Of a DNA stretch of 64,000 bases, positions 38,919 to 50,291 are shown piece after piece; position 1 is the stretch's first letter; each line of letters opens with the position of its first letter. Source of the DNA: Cenococcum geophilum (taxonomy: Eukaryota); contig CP158635.1 in NCBI GenBank assembly GCA_050273025.1, forward strand, positions 16,554,001 to 16,618,000, written 5' to 3'. The notes beneath the pieces are model-generated. The model was not told where the DNA came from. It made no database searches and saw nothing but the letters and a program-made list of their open reading frames with translations. The position numbers were made by a program, and so were the translations under genes.

Positions 38919-40650
38919 ATGAACGTTACCACATAGTATGCGGCTGTAGTAGTGGGCGGCTTTACGCTTCTGCTGCTATACCGCGTAATCTCTCGTATTA
39001 TACGTTTTCTCTATACCTTATCTACCTTCTTCCTTTTAAAATATCTTGTTTATCCTTATATTTGGCGAGGAAATACTATACCTAGAAGGCCGACCTGAAT
39101 TTTTCTTTTAAGCGTCACCTTATACGTTATTACCAACGTTTTATATATAACTATTGGAGTTAGATCCTTTGCTCAGATCGGAACACGCGCTGGTATAATG
39201 TCCCTTGCTAATATAATCCCGGTCATAGCGGGATCGCTTAGCATAGTCGCTAATTACCTTGGCGTTTCCGTGCAAACGTAATATAAAATCCATGCATGTA
39301 TAGGAACAGTCACTTTTCTACAAGGGTTAGTCTATACGGTCACTTCATTTATAAATCGACAACCATTTATGCTTAATACATCGGGAATTTGGGGGCTTGT
39401 TGTACGTTTAGCCCGCCTCTAAACTATCGCCCGAAAGCAAATTGACTTTTAACGCCAGGGAGGCTTATTATTGACATTAATATACCTTCTTTCTACTCAT
39501 TTTATTCAGAGGGCTGTTTACGAATTTTTCTTTTAGTTCTATACGCTTCTCTCTAAGATCTTTATCTTCGCTCTTTGGCTTTATATTAAGGGGAACCAGA
39601 CAGCAGAATTATATCTACTTATTAGGGCATCTGTATGGGCTTCCTCCATAGCCTTAAAATGGATCTTCTGCTTATACTAGAACTTTTCTTAAAATAGATC
39701 TCAAACCAAAGCAGAAGTAATATAAGAAAGTGGAGCCCTTTATATCTTAGTTTATATACCTAGACCCTAAAAAGTAAAAGCTGGCCAATATATTTACCTT
39801 TCTATTCCTAAAGCTAGCTTCTAGTCTATCTTCCAACGTTACCCTTTTGTAATATTAGGCTAGGATAGTAACTCAGATCGATTAAAAATACATTTACTTA
39901 TTAAACCCCGGCGAGGGTTTACTAGAAAGCTCACGAGTTATACAGATACTTTAATATCGGCATTTATTGACGGGCCATACGGGGTTAGATATGATTTTAG
40001 CAATTTTGGAACGGTACTAATGTTCATAACTGGTATTGGAGTTGCTAGCCACCTGGTATATATTAATAAGCTTATCCAAGGCTATAGACGTTGCGAAGTT
40101 AAAACGAGGCGGATAGTACTTATATAGGAGCTAGATGCAGATGGTACATTTGCCTTAGGTTAGACTGGATTAAGTGCTAATACTATTAAACTAGGTCAGC
40201 AATTATAAGTAAAACCATTTATAAATCAATTACTAATAGATAATACTAAGGAATACGTAAGTAGCACTCCGTATATATAAGAGCAAACCTAAGTAAGTCG
40301 ATAGAATATTAAGGTTAAGATATATCTTCCTTGGATAGAGGAACCTGAAAAAGAATATAGTAAGAGAATTAAGGCAATACAAGGGAGGCTGGATATTGCA
40401 AATATTCTAAAAGAGAAATTAGCAGTACTTAATGGAAAAACAGTAATATTAGGTAGCAAGTCCACGTTAAGCCTATGCTAAAGCTGCTAATTTTGTGTCT
40501 AGTTAGTGCAAGAATAGATATTTGGGATAAAATTCGGGATTATGTTTCTTATAACCTTTATTAGGATTTATGCCTGGTTGACTTGGAATTTCAGCCTCTA
40601 AATAGCCGTTCAAAACAGCTCGATTTCTCTTGTAAAGGGCTCCCTAAGTA
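38919..40650 (+). pseudogene. Ferric reductase / NADPH-oxidase-like membrane flavoprotein pseudogene
   Basis: TM region with RAGIMSLAN, KIHACIG; FAD-binding KAGQYIYLSIPKASF(W)SIFQR(H)PF; FIDGPYG; NAD-binding FGTVLMFITGIGVASHL; KTRRIVLI(W); several introns. Confidence 0.85.
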
Positions 40651-41094
40651 AATTAGTAGCAAGTACTGCAGAGTCTTAGTAGACAGATATAAAGAAATAG
40701 GGATTATATAGCAAGTGCTTGGAGGATTTCTTTATTAGGCTCTCGTGACTATTATCTTTATTTTTATAGAAATGGCTATAGTATTTATGGCTTAGATAAG
40801 AGAAATCGGGTATAGATAGCGTCCGTTCTAAAGTATACCGCTACTGTATCTGTATATTATTATGTAAGTGGGAATTTATAAACGCTCTAGAAAACAAGAA
40901 TCCCAATAAATAATTTACGTTCTACTTAAGATGTGTTAAAATAAGCGAAATAACTACTATATTCGTGCTATATATAGCGAAACGTAACACCTTTCCAGCT
41001 AGCAATCGTCTAAAAGCACCTAGGTATTAATACCAACATTAACGCACCTAAGGATAACGTTACTGCAACTAAGCGAAGGAGGGATCGGAATAAT

Positions 41095-41180
41095 TTAACT
41101 TACCCATCTCATCTACCTTATCCACCTCATCCACCTCATCCATCCGGTTTAATCACTTTATCTACTTTATTACCCACTTA
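41095..41180 (+). repeat. 9-bp tandem array, copy 3 of 6
   Basis: ccatctcat ctaccttat ccacctcat ccacctcat ccatcc. Confidence 0.8.
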
Positions 41181-41230
41181 GGCAACCCTTAGAAAGAGAC
41201 GCCCTCTAGAACGAAACGCCTTTTACTATT

Positions 41231-42200
41231 ATGCAATATAAGCAGGTTGCAGGTAGGTTATATATTACCTTTATTAGTAGATCTTAATAAATAATATATT
41301 ATGCTAATGCCTTTATTAGTGGAGTATAATAGATTATACAAATAACAGTCTTTAAATTCACCCTATAAATGTAATTTAAGAAGCATTCTATAAAGATATA
41401 CGTTCTTAGCATAGCCTGAGTTCCTATAAGGGCGAGCCTAAGCTTTATTCCTTAGATTAACTCTTACACCTAAGCCTTAATCTTAGTAATATCCGTCTAT
41501 AAACTTTCCACTTATACACACAACTGCAAATCTATACGGTATTTAGCGACTAAGTAGCGATATAGGAAAACTATCTAGCGACCGTATATAACAACCAGAC
41601 CTATTACTATAGTAACGGCAAATATTAAAAAGTGCGGCTTATGGCGCACAGAAATTGATGTTGAAGATTTAAAAGCTGGGTAAGTGGCCGATGCCGAGCC
41701 TACAGATAAGGGAGATAAACTTAGAGCAAATTCCCTAGTTATTTATAGATATCCTAACGGAATTTCCAAAGGGGTTATATTACGCCATTTTAGTTTAGGT
41801 AAGATAATAGCGCTAGGTATATTTATAGTACCTATAACCAGGTAGCCATTGCTATTAAGGGTAGTAGTTATATCCGGATAGAGAGCTCCCGTTTTAGAGG
41901 TGAGCTATGTCCAGGTTATATAGTGAAGTGAAGTTTTAAATATAGTCCTAGTTATATTTAGTAGGACTTTCTAGAAATTCTAGAAACGCTACTTACTTTA
42001 TTGACTGGGAATCTAAACAACTACAAATTACTTACACAGCGACTATACATAGAAAGGTAATTAGTTTGAATAGCATTGCGGCAAAAATTCTAAAAAATGC
42101 TTGTATATTTAGATTGAATAGATATAATGCGGTAGTTATATTTATGCTAAAGAATAAGCAGAAGTAGAGAGTAACTAACCTGCCTTAGTCTGGAGATGCT
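41231..42200 (+). pseudogene. Hypothetical gene, RIP-degraded
   Basis: ATG plus a short exon and GTAGGT intron; read KSAAYGAQKLMLKI.KLGKWPMPSLQIREINLEQIP; no family recognised. Confidence 0.3.
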
Positions 42201-42450
42201 CTAAGTAGAGTTTAGATCTGCCGCGAATAGCTGATGTCTAGGCCCTCCTAAATGAGAGGTCACTATAAAAGTGATCCCTAACCGATTCTTCCTTTTCTAT
42301 AAGCCTAGCATAAAATGGTAGCCAGCAAGTATAGAATGGTCTGAATGTTGACATTGCGAGGACTCTATATATTAGGGCGACTTTGCGGCCAAATCTAATA
42401 AATATATTAGTAAGAAAGCTATATTTAGCAATAGGCCCTCTTTTTTAAAA

Positions 42451-43719
42451 ATGGCAAAAACCAGAGCTAAGAAAATAGCTCGCTCCCAACCAAAGGATAA
42501 GGATGGAAAAGCTAAGGTTGTTTAGCAGCAAAATAAAATTAAAGCTCTAAAACTTCAATTAGCGGCTGTAAAGGAGAAGAAGAGTGCAGGGGAGGGTAGC
42601 GAGCAGAGTGAAGAGGATAAAAGAAAAATTAAAGAATTGGATAAAAAGTTACAGGAGTTGACGGAGGATTACTAAATGGAATTAGGTGATAAAAATAGTA
42701 AAAACGGCGCAGGCTCTAAGGACGTAGATAAAGGGCCTATAGAGTCTATAGAGCCTAATAGAGAGAGAGAGGCGCTTTTTATTCTATAAGAGCTATAGGA
42801 TATAGACCCCTAGGGCGTAAAACAAACGCCTATAAAATAAGAGTATATAGGGTTAGAGCCTGCTATAAAAAGCAAGTTATAGGATCCAGTCTACAGGGAG
42901 CCACTTTATATCGCCGCGGATACGCAATTTAATTATAATACTCCTTATAGGGCCACCGTTGCATAGGCAGATAATTAAAAGGAAGTCATTAACTGCTACG
43001 GTTCGCGTAATGCGTCTATCTATAGAATTATAAAAGGGGAAGTAGAGGGGGATTACGCATTTCCTCCTGAGGAAAAATATACTAACCCTAATTTTAGACT
43101 TGGGGACGTAAGAAGACCAGATAGGAAATTTCTATACACTAAAATTACTTACTTTTGCGTAGTCGCGTAGAAATCCGAGTACCCAGAAGACCCTAGAGAA
43201 GATTTAAATTTAATTCATTAGAATGAAGCGATAAGGCTAGTAAAACGTTTTCCCTCTACGTATATTCTAGTTGACTAGGGCACGGACAATAGACCAAAGC
43301 GGTGTTGGGAGACTAGAGCAACCGTTTAAAACAGGTAGGGCACTAAATGAGCTAATAAATCGATTTATAAAGCAGCTTGGGAAGCTAAAGAAAGACTTAA
43401 GGAGTACTTAACTGGTACACGCCCGGCTAAAGATAGATCTCCTACACCTGGTATTCTCTACCTAATGTCTCGGCAGTTCCGCGAAATTTTAGGCACTCTG
43501 GCTCCGACTAGAACTCTAACTAGAACTCTAGCTCCGACTAAAACTCCGGCTCTGGCCGTAGGGGCAGCTAATATAGCCACTATCCTTAAAGAGTTCAAGA
43601 AACTCTACTGTAAGCTATCTAAGGTTAATAGTTTTAACAAACTTAACGCTGCGAGCAAGGTAGAATAAATTGACGCGTGGAAGATAAAAAAGGCAAGGTA
43701 TACAGCAATAGCTGTCTAA
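42451..43719 (+). pseudogene. Hypothetical protein pseudogene (coiled-coil N-terminus plus conserved-looking core)
   Basis: One 423-codon frame MAKTRAKK...INCYGSRNASIYRI...RFPSTYILVD(W)...CWETRATV.NR(W)G..ANKSIYKAA...DRSPTPG; stops only at RIP-type codons. Confidence 0.6.
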
Positions 43720-43987
43720 TTTTCCTCCAATAGTTCTTTATTTTATTTTTTCTTATATAGCTTAAAAATAAAAGATAAAAAAATAAACTTAGAAGGGGGG
43801 CGTTTTCTTATTTGAATTTTATTTGTTTTATAGCTCTCCTTTATTATACTTTCTCTTCTTTATTTATAAAATAACTATACTATAAACGAAACTACTCTTT
43901 GGTGTTATTTATATCACAAGCCTTACGTTTAAAATCTTACCTCCTATTAAATGCGAGATTTTTTATAAACTTAAATTCCTATAGGGC

Positions 43988-44502
43988 ATTGCCACGATTT
44001 GCAAGAAGCATAGGAAATCTCTATAGGTCTTTATTTATAGTGCCTTAACATAAACCATATTTTAGTTTAGCGTATTCTTTACAGCTAGTCATTTTGACGC
44101 ATTAAACTAACCCACTTAATCCGCCTAATCTACCTAATCTACCTAATCTACCCGATCTACCTAAGCCATCTAAGCCACCTAGTCCTTTCGATCCTTCTAG
44201 GTAGTAATGCCTACGCTTTCCTATTGCATCTTACGCTAATCGATATAGATTTTAAGGCGGTAGGAAAGTACCGCTAGGGAACGAGTCCTTTTTCCGTTAA
44301 TGCCTCCATGGCAAGGCGTACTTAGTGAGGCTCAATCTATTAAATACTAAAGAATTATAATAGATCGGCGAAGAATGACTAAGGTAAGCCCAGTGATATT
44401 AGCGGTTGGGTTAGCATTTTCTTATTAGTTTAACCTAACCTAACCGCTGATATTACTAGGTAGACCTCGCGACTCTAAGCTGAAGCTAAATTGTGCCCTA
44501 CT
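43988..44502 (+). repeat. Direct repeat copy 1 (upstream cassette with 9-bp array and hAT-type insertion)
   Basis: Aligns with 46203-46642 apart from a ~76-bp insertion; 9-bp array copy 4 at ~44107-44181. Confidence 0.9.
44391..44458. mobile_element. 68-bp hAT-type mini-element with 8-bp TSD
   Basis: TIRs cagtgatattagcggttgggttag / ctaacctaaccgctgatattacta; TSD ggtaagcc (44383-90) and ggtagacc (44459-66); empty site ggtaggcc at 46598-46605. Confidence 0.8.
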
Positions 44503-44659
44503 GTCCTTGAGTTTTAAATTAATCTAATATTTCTTTTCTTTTACTTTAATTTTTATTTTATTTATTATATTTTAAATAACCCCTAAGGCTTTAACAACCT
44601 TTCTTACCCTTATTAAATTTATTGCATAGGTTTCGGGTACAAGCTCCTCCTCTAAAAAA

Positions 44660-45740
44660 ATATATTTTTTAATTTCCATTCCACCTTCTTTAATCTTAAT
44701 TTCACCTTCTTTGATATTGAGTTCGGCGAGCTCTCCCGCAACTGCTGCCGATGGCAACGACACAAAACTCCATGTTGTCACGGTTGGGAAGCTGACTTGG
44801 CGATTTATCCTGGATACCATAACGGCAAATATAGGAGATGTTGTTTATTTCTAATTCTTCCCGCCTAACTATTCCGTAGTTCGCGCCGAGTATAAATGTA
44901 AGTCTAAATTGTATTGGTTCTCTCTATACCTTTGTTACTAAACCGATGTAAAAAAGACCCGTGTGTTCCTTATGAGATGATAAGGCCGTAAAAAACTAGC
45001 TTCTTCTCTAGGTTTCACCTAATAGATATAGTATCCAACGAGGTAAAAACGTCTGTTTTCCATTTTTGACATATCCACTTTATTTAATCGGTAATTTATA
45101 TTTTAATAGCCGCCGTTATAGAACCTTACCATTAATAATACCGCGCTAATATTCTTCTACTATTCAGCTCTTAGATTGTGCATTTAATAAGGAATAGTAG
45201 GAGTTATAAATCCTGTAAGGGGATAAATTATTTACTATTTCCCCCCCTCCACCTTTTTTACTTTATTGTTATTGTTATTTCTATTGCTATTTTTGGAAGC
45301 CGTATGTATCTCATCTTAGATTAGCCTACTAAAAGTAGATGTAGAACAAGACCGAAACCATTGCCGTGTAGAGGGCGTATGCTAAAAATTTAACCTTTAT
45401 GCTAAATCCTGGCGAACCATTCCCAGCTAAAGCCTTGAGCGTGGTCACCTTAACTCAGGCGCCTACGTTAACCTCCCCGTCAACTGCGACAACTAGCAGC
45501 GCCTTATTGTCTGCAACTTTAGTTCTATATTTACCTTCCTAAGGCCTTTCCAGTGTAGTAGTGGTAGGAATAGTCGTTGGCGCTATAGTGGCACTTACGC
45601 TCCTAGGCGCCTTGTTCGTCTACATTAGTAGAAAAAGATTATCTAGTTTGGATAGGGTGGCACCCCCTTAAGAATTGGAAGTGAGTGGACGTGGTATTAT
45701 ATCACCCATGTTATATCTGGCGTACCGTAATAAAATCTGA
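44660..45740 (+). pseudogene. Cupredoxin-like extracellular serine-rich membrane protein pseudogene
   Basis: LHVVTVGK...TANIGDVVYF(Q)FFPPN(H)SVVRAEY / PCVPYE..FFSGF / NLTINNT.IFFY(C)SA..(S)CI..GIVGVINP; MLNPGEPFP; TM VVVVGIVVGAIVALTLLGALFVYI; GT-AG introns. Confidence 0.8.
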
Positions 45741-46202
45741 TTTTTTAATTGTAACTGGATCTCAAGTATTAAACTAGCTTAATTATAACACGAAATCTAT
45801 TATTGTTTCACTCCGCTTCGTTATAAAAAACTTACTAGTATTATAAAAATTTAATACGCGTAACTAGATATAATTTATTATCTCGGTCAAGGGCGGTCGT
45901 CTTAGTATAAAACTAATTCAACTACGGAACTAATGCTTAAAAGTCTTAATAATAATGTCTTGCTGGTCTGTAAAGCGTTTTAAAATATGGGCATTAAACA
46001 TATATTATACCATTTTTAGATTTGTATAACCCCGTAGGTATATATAGGAGTCCCTATACTATTCTTCACTTTTATTAACCGGAAAATACTAGGTCTAGAA
46101 CTTATATATTAATTGATCTAAGAAACAGAGACTATAATTCACTTATAGTGTTATGGCTAGGAATTTCTCTCCAATGCGAATACAAGATTTAGTTAGAGAC
46201 TT

Positions 46203-46642
46203 ATTGCTATAATTTGTAAAAAGCATAGAAAATCTCTATAGGTCTTCATTCACAGTGCCTTAACATTAATTACGTTTTGGCTTAGCGTATTCTTTATAGC
46301 TAGTCATTTTAGCGCGTTAAACTAACTTATCTAATCTACCTAATCTACCTAATCTACCTAATCTACCTAATTTACCTAAGCTACCTAAGCTACCTAGTCC
46401 TTTTAATCCTTCTAAGTAGTAATACCTGCGCTTTCTTATTACGCCTCACGCTAATCAATATGGATTTTAAGACGGTGGGATAGTACCGCTAAGGAACGAG
46501 TCTTTTTTCCGTTAACGCCTCTATAGTAAGGCGTACTTAGTGAGGCTTAATCTATTAAATACTAAAGAACTATAATGGATCGGCGAAGAATAACTGAGGT
46601 AGGCCTTAGCGACTCTAAGCTAAAGCTAAATCGTGCCCTACT
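46203..46642 (+). repeat. Direct repeat copy 2 (contains 9-bp array copy 5 at ~46322-46399)
   Basis: Aligns with 43988-44502; differences are almost all C/T or G/A. Confidence 0.9.
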
Positions 46643-46719
46643 TACAGCTTACTTTAGCAATTAAAAACCCTTATATTTAGCTTCGTAGCAAGGCTTATAT
46701 AACTGCGGAGTTAACGAGG

Positions 46720-48090
46720 TATATATTAAAGCTCTATAATAGTAGTATAAATACCTATTTAAGAAGTCTATCTATTTATTAATCCTCTAGCTTAAGACAT
46801 TTCGCTATGGGTTGTATAAACTTAAGGACTTAGAACCCAGACCGTTTGATAGCGAATATCCCTATAACTGCTTTTATCCCATTACTGACCGAAAATCTTC
46901 CTCTAGAATATAAGTAGACGATATACTTCGTTTTTAAATATTTTATAGATACATACCTGAGCGTTTTAAGTTATCGTTTTGAAATCCATATCTGCGACGG
47001 CCAGATATCTCAACCAGCCGATATCACAACCCAAAAATTCGTAGTAGACCTAATCTGCCTGGCCCTAAAGCTTTAGGGGGCAAAAGTCACCGTTTAGTTT
47101 ATATTATACTCGAATCTAGTCTTAATAGATGATGAATCGACTATAGCGCTTGGCCTTATAGACGATATGTTGTCCTACGCGAGCTTTACGGATCTTCGTA
47201 ACCTATAAACAGATCGCGGGGGAGAGCTTAGGGATAAACAGAATGAAGGAGGCCTTTAGGGCACAAGTCGTAAGGGAGAGCTTAAGGGCAAAGAGGATGA
47301 TAAAATTGTCTCTCTTATTAACAAAGCCATCGTTAAAGGCACACAATTAAAATCTAGAGGGGTTAACAGTGAGACTATCGTGGCCAACATCCGCTAAGTG
47401 CTGTACTTAGTACGTTATCGCTACCACAAAGGTTGGAACCTCGATGATTATATAACAAAGCGTCACGATTTATAAAAAGACGCGCAACGGCATAAATCTT
47501 AAGATAAGGCGTTTGTTCTCCCAGCTCGGTTTAAGTCTATTTTTGCTAGCGCTACGCAATCCTTTTAGGCAGCCACGGAAACAGCTATAGTCCCAACAGA
47601 GTATATTATCTTCGTCCCTAAGGCCATTATATAATCAGCGATATCAATTATTAAACTCGCGGCCAAGAGTATAGTTAGCCCTATTAAAGAGTATAACGAA
47701 CTATATAATACCAATAGGACTTAATAGGATCTTTTTAGGATATCTACGGTTCCGATCGGCGGTAAACTAGGTTAACTATCAAAATGGTAGGGTATAGATG
47801 ACTTGCTATTAGGAGACCTGGACTTTGTAAATTGCACCCCAGTTAGTTATAAAATTCAAACAAACGGCCCTAGATACGATCTTCTGCCTAAGATAATCTT
47901 AGGCGCAGTTAATAAATCACTTAATCGTAGTAAGAAGCTGCAACTCTATAGGGATAAACTTTGCTAGATTCCATCTAAAGAGGATATAAAAAAGTTCCTT
48001 AAGTTTACAGGGGGAGAGTGTACCGGCTTGTCAAAACATTGAGGGCACTATAATAGTTTAGATAGTGATATTAATGTTATTTAGTAGTTT
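46720..48090 (+). pseudogene. Hypothetical protein pseudogene
   Basis: Reads DDESTIALGLIDDMLSYASFTDLRNL...LVRYRYHKGWNLDDYITKRHDL; no family recognised. Confidence 0.4.
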
Positions 48091-48129
48091 TATTATTTAT
48101 CTGCTCTATAGTAGGGATAGTAAATGTAT

Positions 48130-49550
48130 TATTACCTACCTTTACTATATTACCTATGCTTAATTCTGCTATCAATGCCTCCGGCGGGGTTCTGCCGCGA
48201 ATACTCCTAAGATATCTACTCGTATGCTTTCCTTTCTTCGCTATTTGATTTGAAATTGGCTGTTTCAGTAACTAGTGGCTAGAAGTTTAGCTATACTCAT
48301 AAGCGTATCTAGATGCACCAGGCCCTATACGTTAATTCTTATCTTTACCACCTCTATATTTAACCTTTAAGCCTCCTTCTTTTGTCCTTGCTTATAGAAT
48401 ATAAATGCTAAGCTACTTATACTGCTAATAGTGTCTAAATAGTCATTACTAAAAATCTCTCTCTTTATCTTAACTACTTATTTCTACAGCTCCTCCGCTT
48501 CTAGAAGTTGGTTCTTTATATAGTATTTAAAACTTAGCTCTTTTATACTTTTTAGAGTATCGGGATGCTGTAGGCCTAGAATTCTCTTTCTTATCTCTAT
48601 TACTTAAGTTTCCAGCTTATTGGCTTCCGTTCGCCGTTTTTAATAATAATAGACTTCCGCTAAGACGGCCATTATACTTAATATCTATAAATAGTATTGG
48701 CCTAATACCCTATTACTAGTCTCCAGTAACTATAGCAGTAGCTCTTTAGTATTGGTTAGCCGTTTCTACTCAATATAGATATAAGCTAGGTAGATTTTGC
48801 TTTCTAAAGTATCCCTATATTCCGGCCCTCTTAGTTTCCCAATTATCTCTACTAGCCGCACCTAGTACTTTTTAGCCTCTATAATTCGGCCGGTTTTGAA
48901 ATATATCTCTACTAGAAGAGAAATAAGCTCTATCTTTTCTTTCATTCTATTGTACTCTGCTATATCTTTTTTATAAACTCTATAATACTAACGCTAGCAT
49001 ACCTTTAGTAAGCAAGCTTTATATAACCAGTTAATACAACACTATAGCTAGACGATATTATCTCCGCTAGGCAACTTCCCGAAGTATATATAGTAGTGTT
49101 CTTTAGTGCCAATTCCAGTAACATCTTAGATAAGATACTTCTTAGGTATCTAGTCGAAATCGGAGGCCTTTATAGATATTAAAATAAAAGACGGCCCAAA
49201 AATAGATAAAAGGGTCTTAAAGATAACACCTAAGCGTTAATAAAACTTAAGTTTAAGAGTTACACGTTAGGGATAAAGATATATTTAACTTAGCTAGATA
49301 TAAAGTGAATTAATAAATCCTTAAGGTTTAAAGCCTTTATAGGCGGCAGATATAATATATTAATAGTATCGATTTCAGCTATAGCCTAGCCGGGGTTGGC
49401 TCCTCGATAAAGCTTACGTACTGCCTTAAGTATACCTAGCTCGACTAATACTAGGGATAATCTTGTATTTAAATACGCAGGGCTTTTATAAATAAATTAG
49501 TGAACCTACCGCAGCATTTATAAAATTTAGCAGTCTGCGTTTTTAGGTCA
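48130..49550 (-). pseudogene. TPR-repeat (kinesin-light-chain type) protein pseudogene
   Basis: Repeated ~42-aa units: LRGPEYRDTLES, RVLGQYYL.IL, KRILGLQHPDTLKS, EIFSNDYLDTISS, GLVHLDTLMS; the N-terminal domain was not identified. Confidence 0.75.
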
Positions 49551-49651
49551 TAAGGACGTAAAATGGTAAATAAAAGAAATTGAATGAATTAATACAAGCA
49601 TAGAAATAATATTTATTTCAACTAGTCTAGCCATACAATATATCTGCAAAT

Positions 49652-50026
49652 TTATCTCTTTATTCCCTTATACTTTAGCCTAAAATCAGCCGGAGTTCTT
49701 TTTTTGGGTATTAGGAAGCTTTAATTCTGCATTTCATTAGTATATACTATATTAAGAGGGTAAGTAAGGCATATAATATACTCTTTAGACGGCGGCTAGG
49801 AAGGCTTATCTCTAAATAAATACAAGTGGTATCTCCCACTATTATATACAAGAAGGTAGACATACGCATTACTTATCTTTCCTAACTCGTCCGCCTTTCT
49901 AAAAAGTGTTTCTCTTTGTCAGCGGATCGCCTCCCTGCTAATATACTTATTTAAATTAAATAAGCCAGTCCCTTCTCCCTAAGTCTCATTTTCTTCTATA
50001 GTCCCGCTGTTATTACTAGCTTTTAT
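49652..50026 (-). pseudogene. MADS-box (SRF-type) mini-gene 2
   Basis: EAIR(R)QRETLFRKADELGKISNAYVYLLVYNSGRYHLYLFRDKPS(W)PPSKEYI, intron, ...IPKKRTPADF. Confidence 0.75.
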
Positions 50027-50291
50027 CGGTTATGTCTAATAAAGGGAGGTACGGAAGTAGTAGATACCTGTCTCGAGTTAATAGTTATAGAGTAGTATTA
50101 TAATGACTAAATATATAATGGGCGATTATGTTAATAATAAAGTCGGTAAACCCTTTCCTATTTAGTAAATCCCTTAACTTTATGCCTACTATTAAGGGTG
50201 ACAATAAGGTATACGCTAATATTATTTAGTAAGCGGTATTAGCACCTAGAAGGCAAGTAATGCACCTATGACTTTCCCTATATTAATAAAT

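Noticed and set aside
44107..46399. Telomeric repeats (CCTAA-rich runs)
   Set aside because: The period is 9 bp rather than (CCCTAA)n, and CCTAA here is explained by RIP of the array motif. The taacctaacctaacc at ~44431 is part of a TIR.
48130..49550. Complete NLR (NACHT/NB-ARC or HET plus TPR)
   Set aside because: No P-loop or HET motif is visible upstream of the TPRs, and the adjacent upstream sequence is a separate MADS gene.
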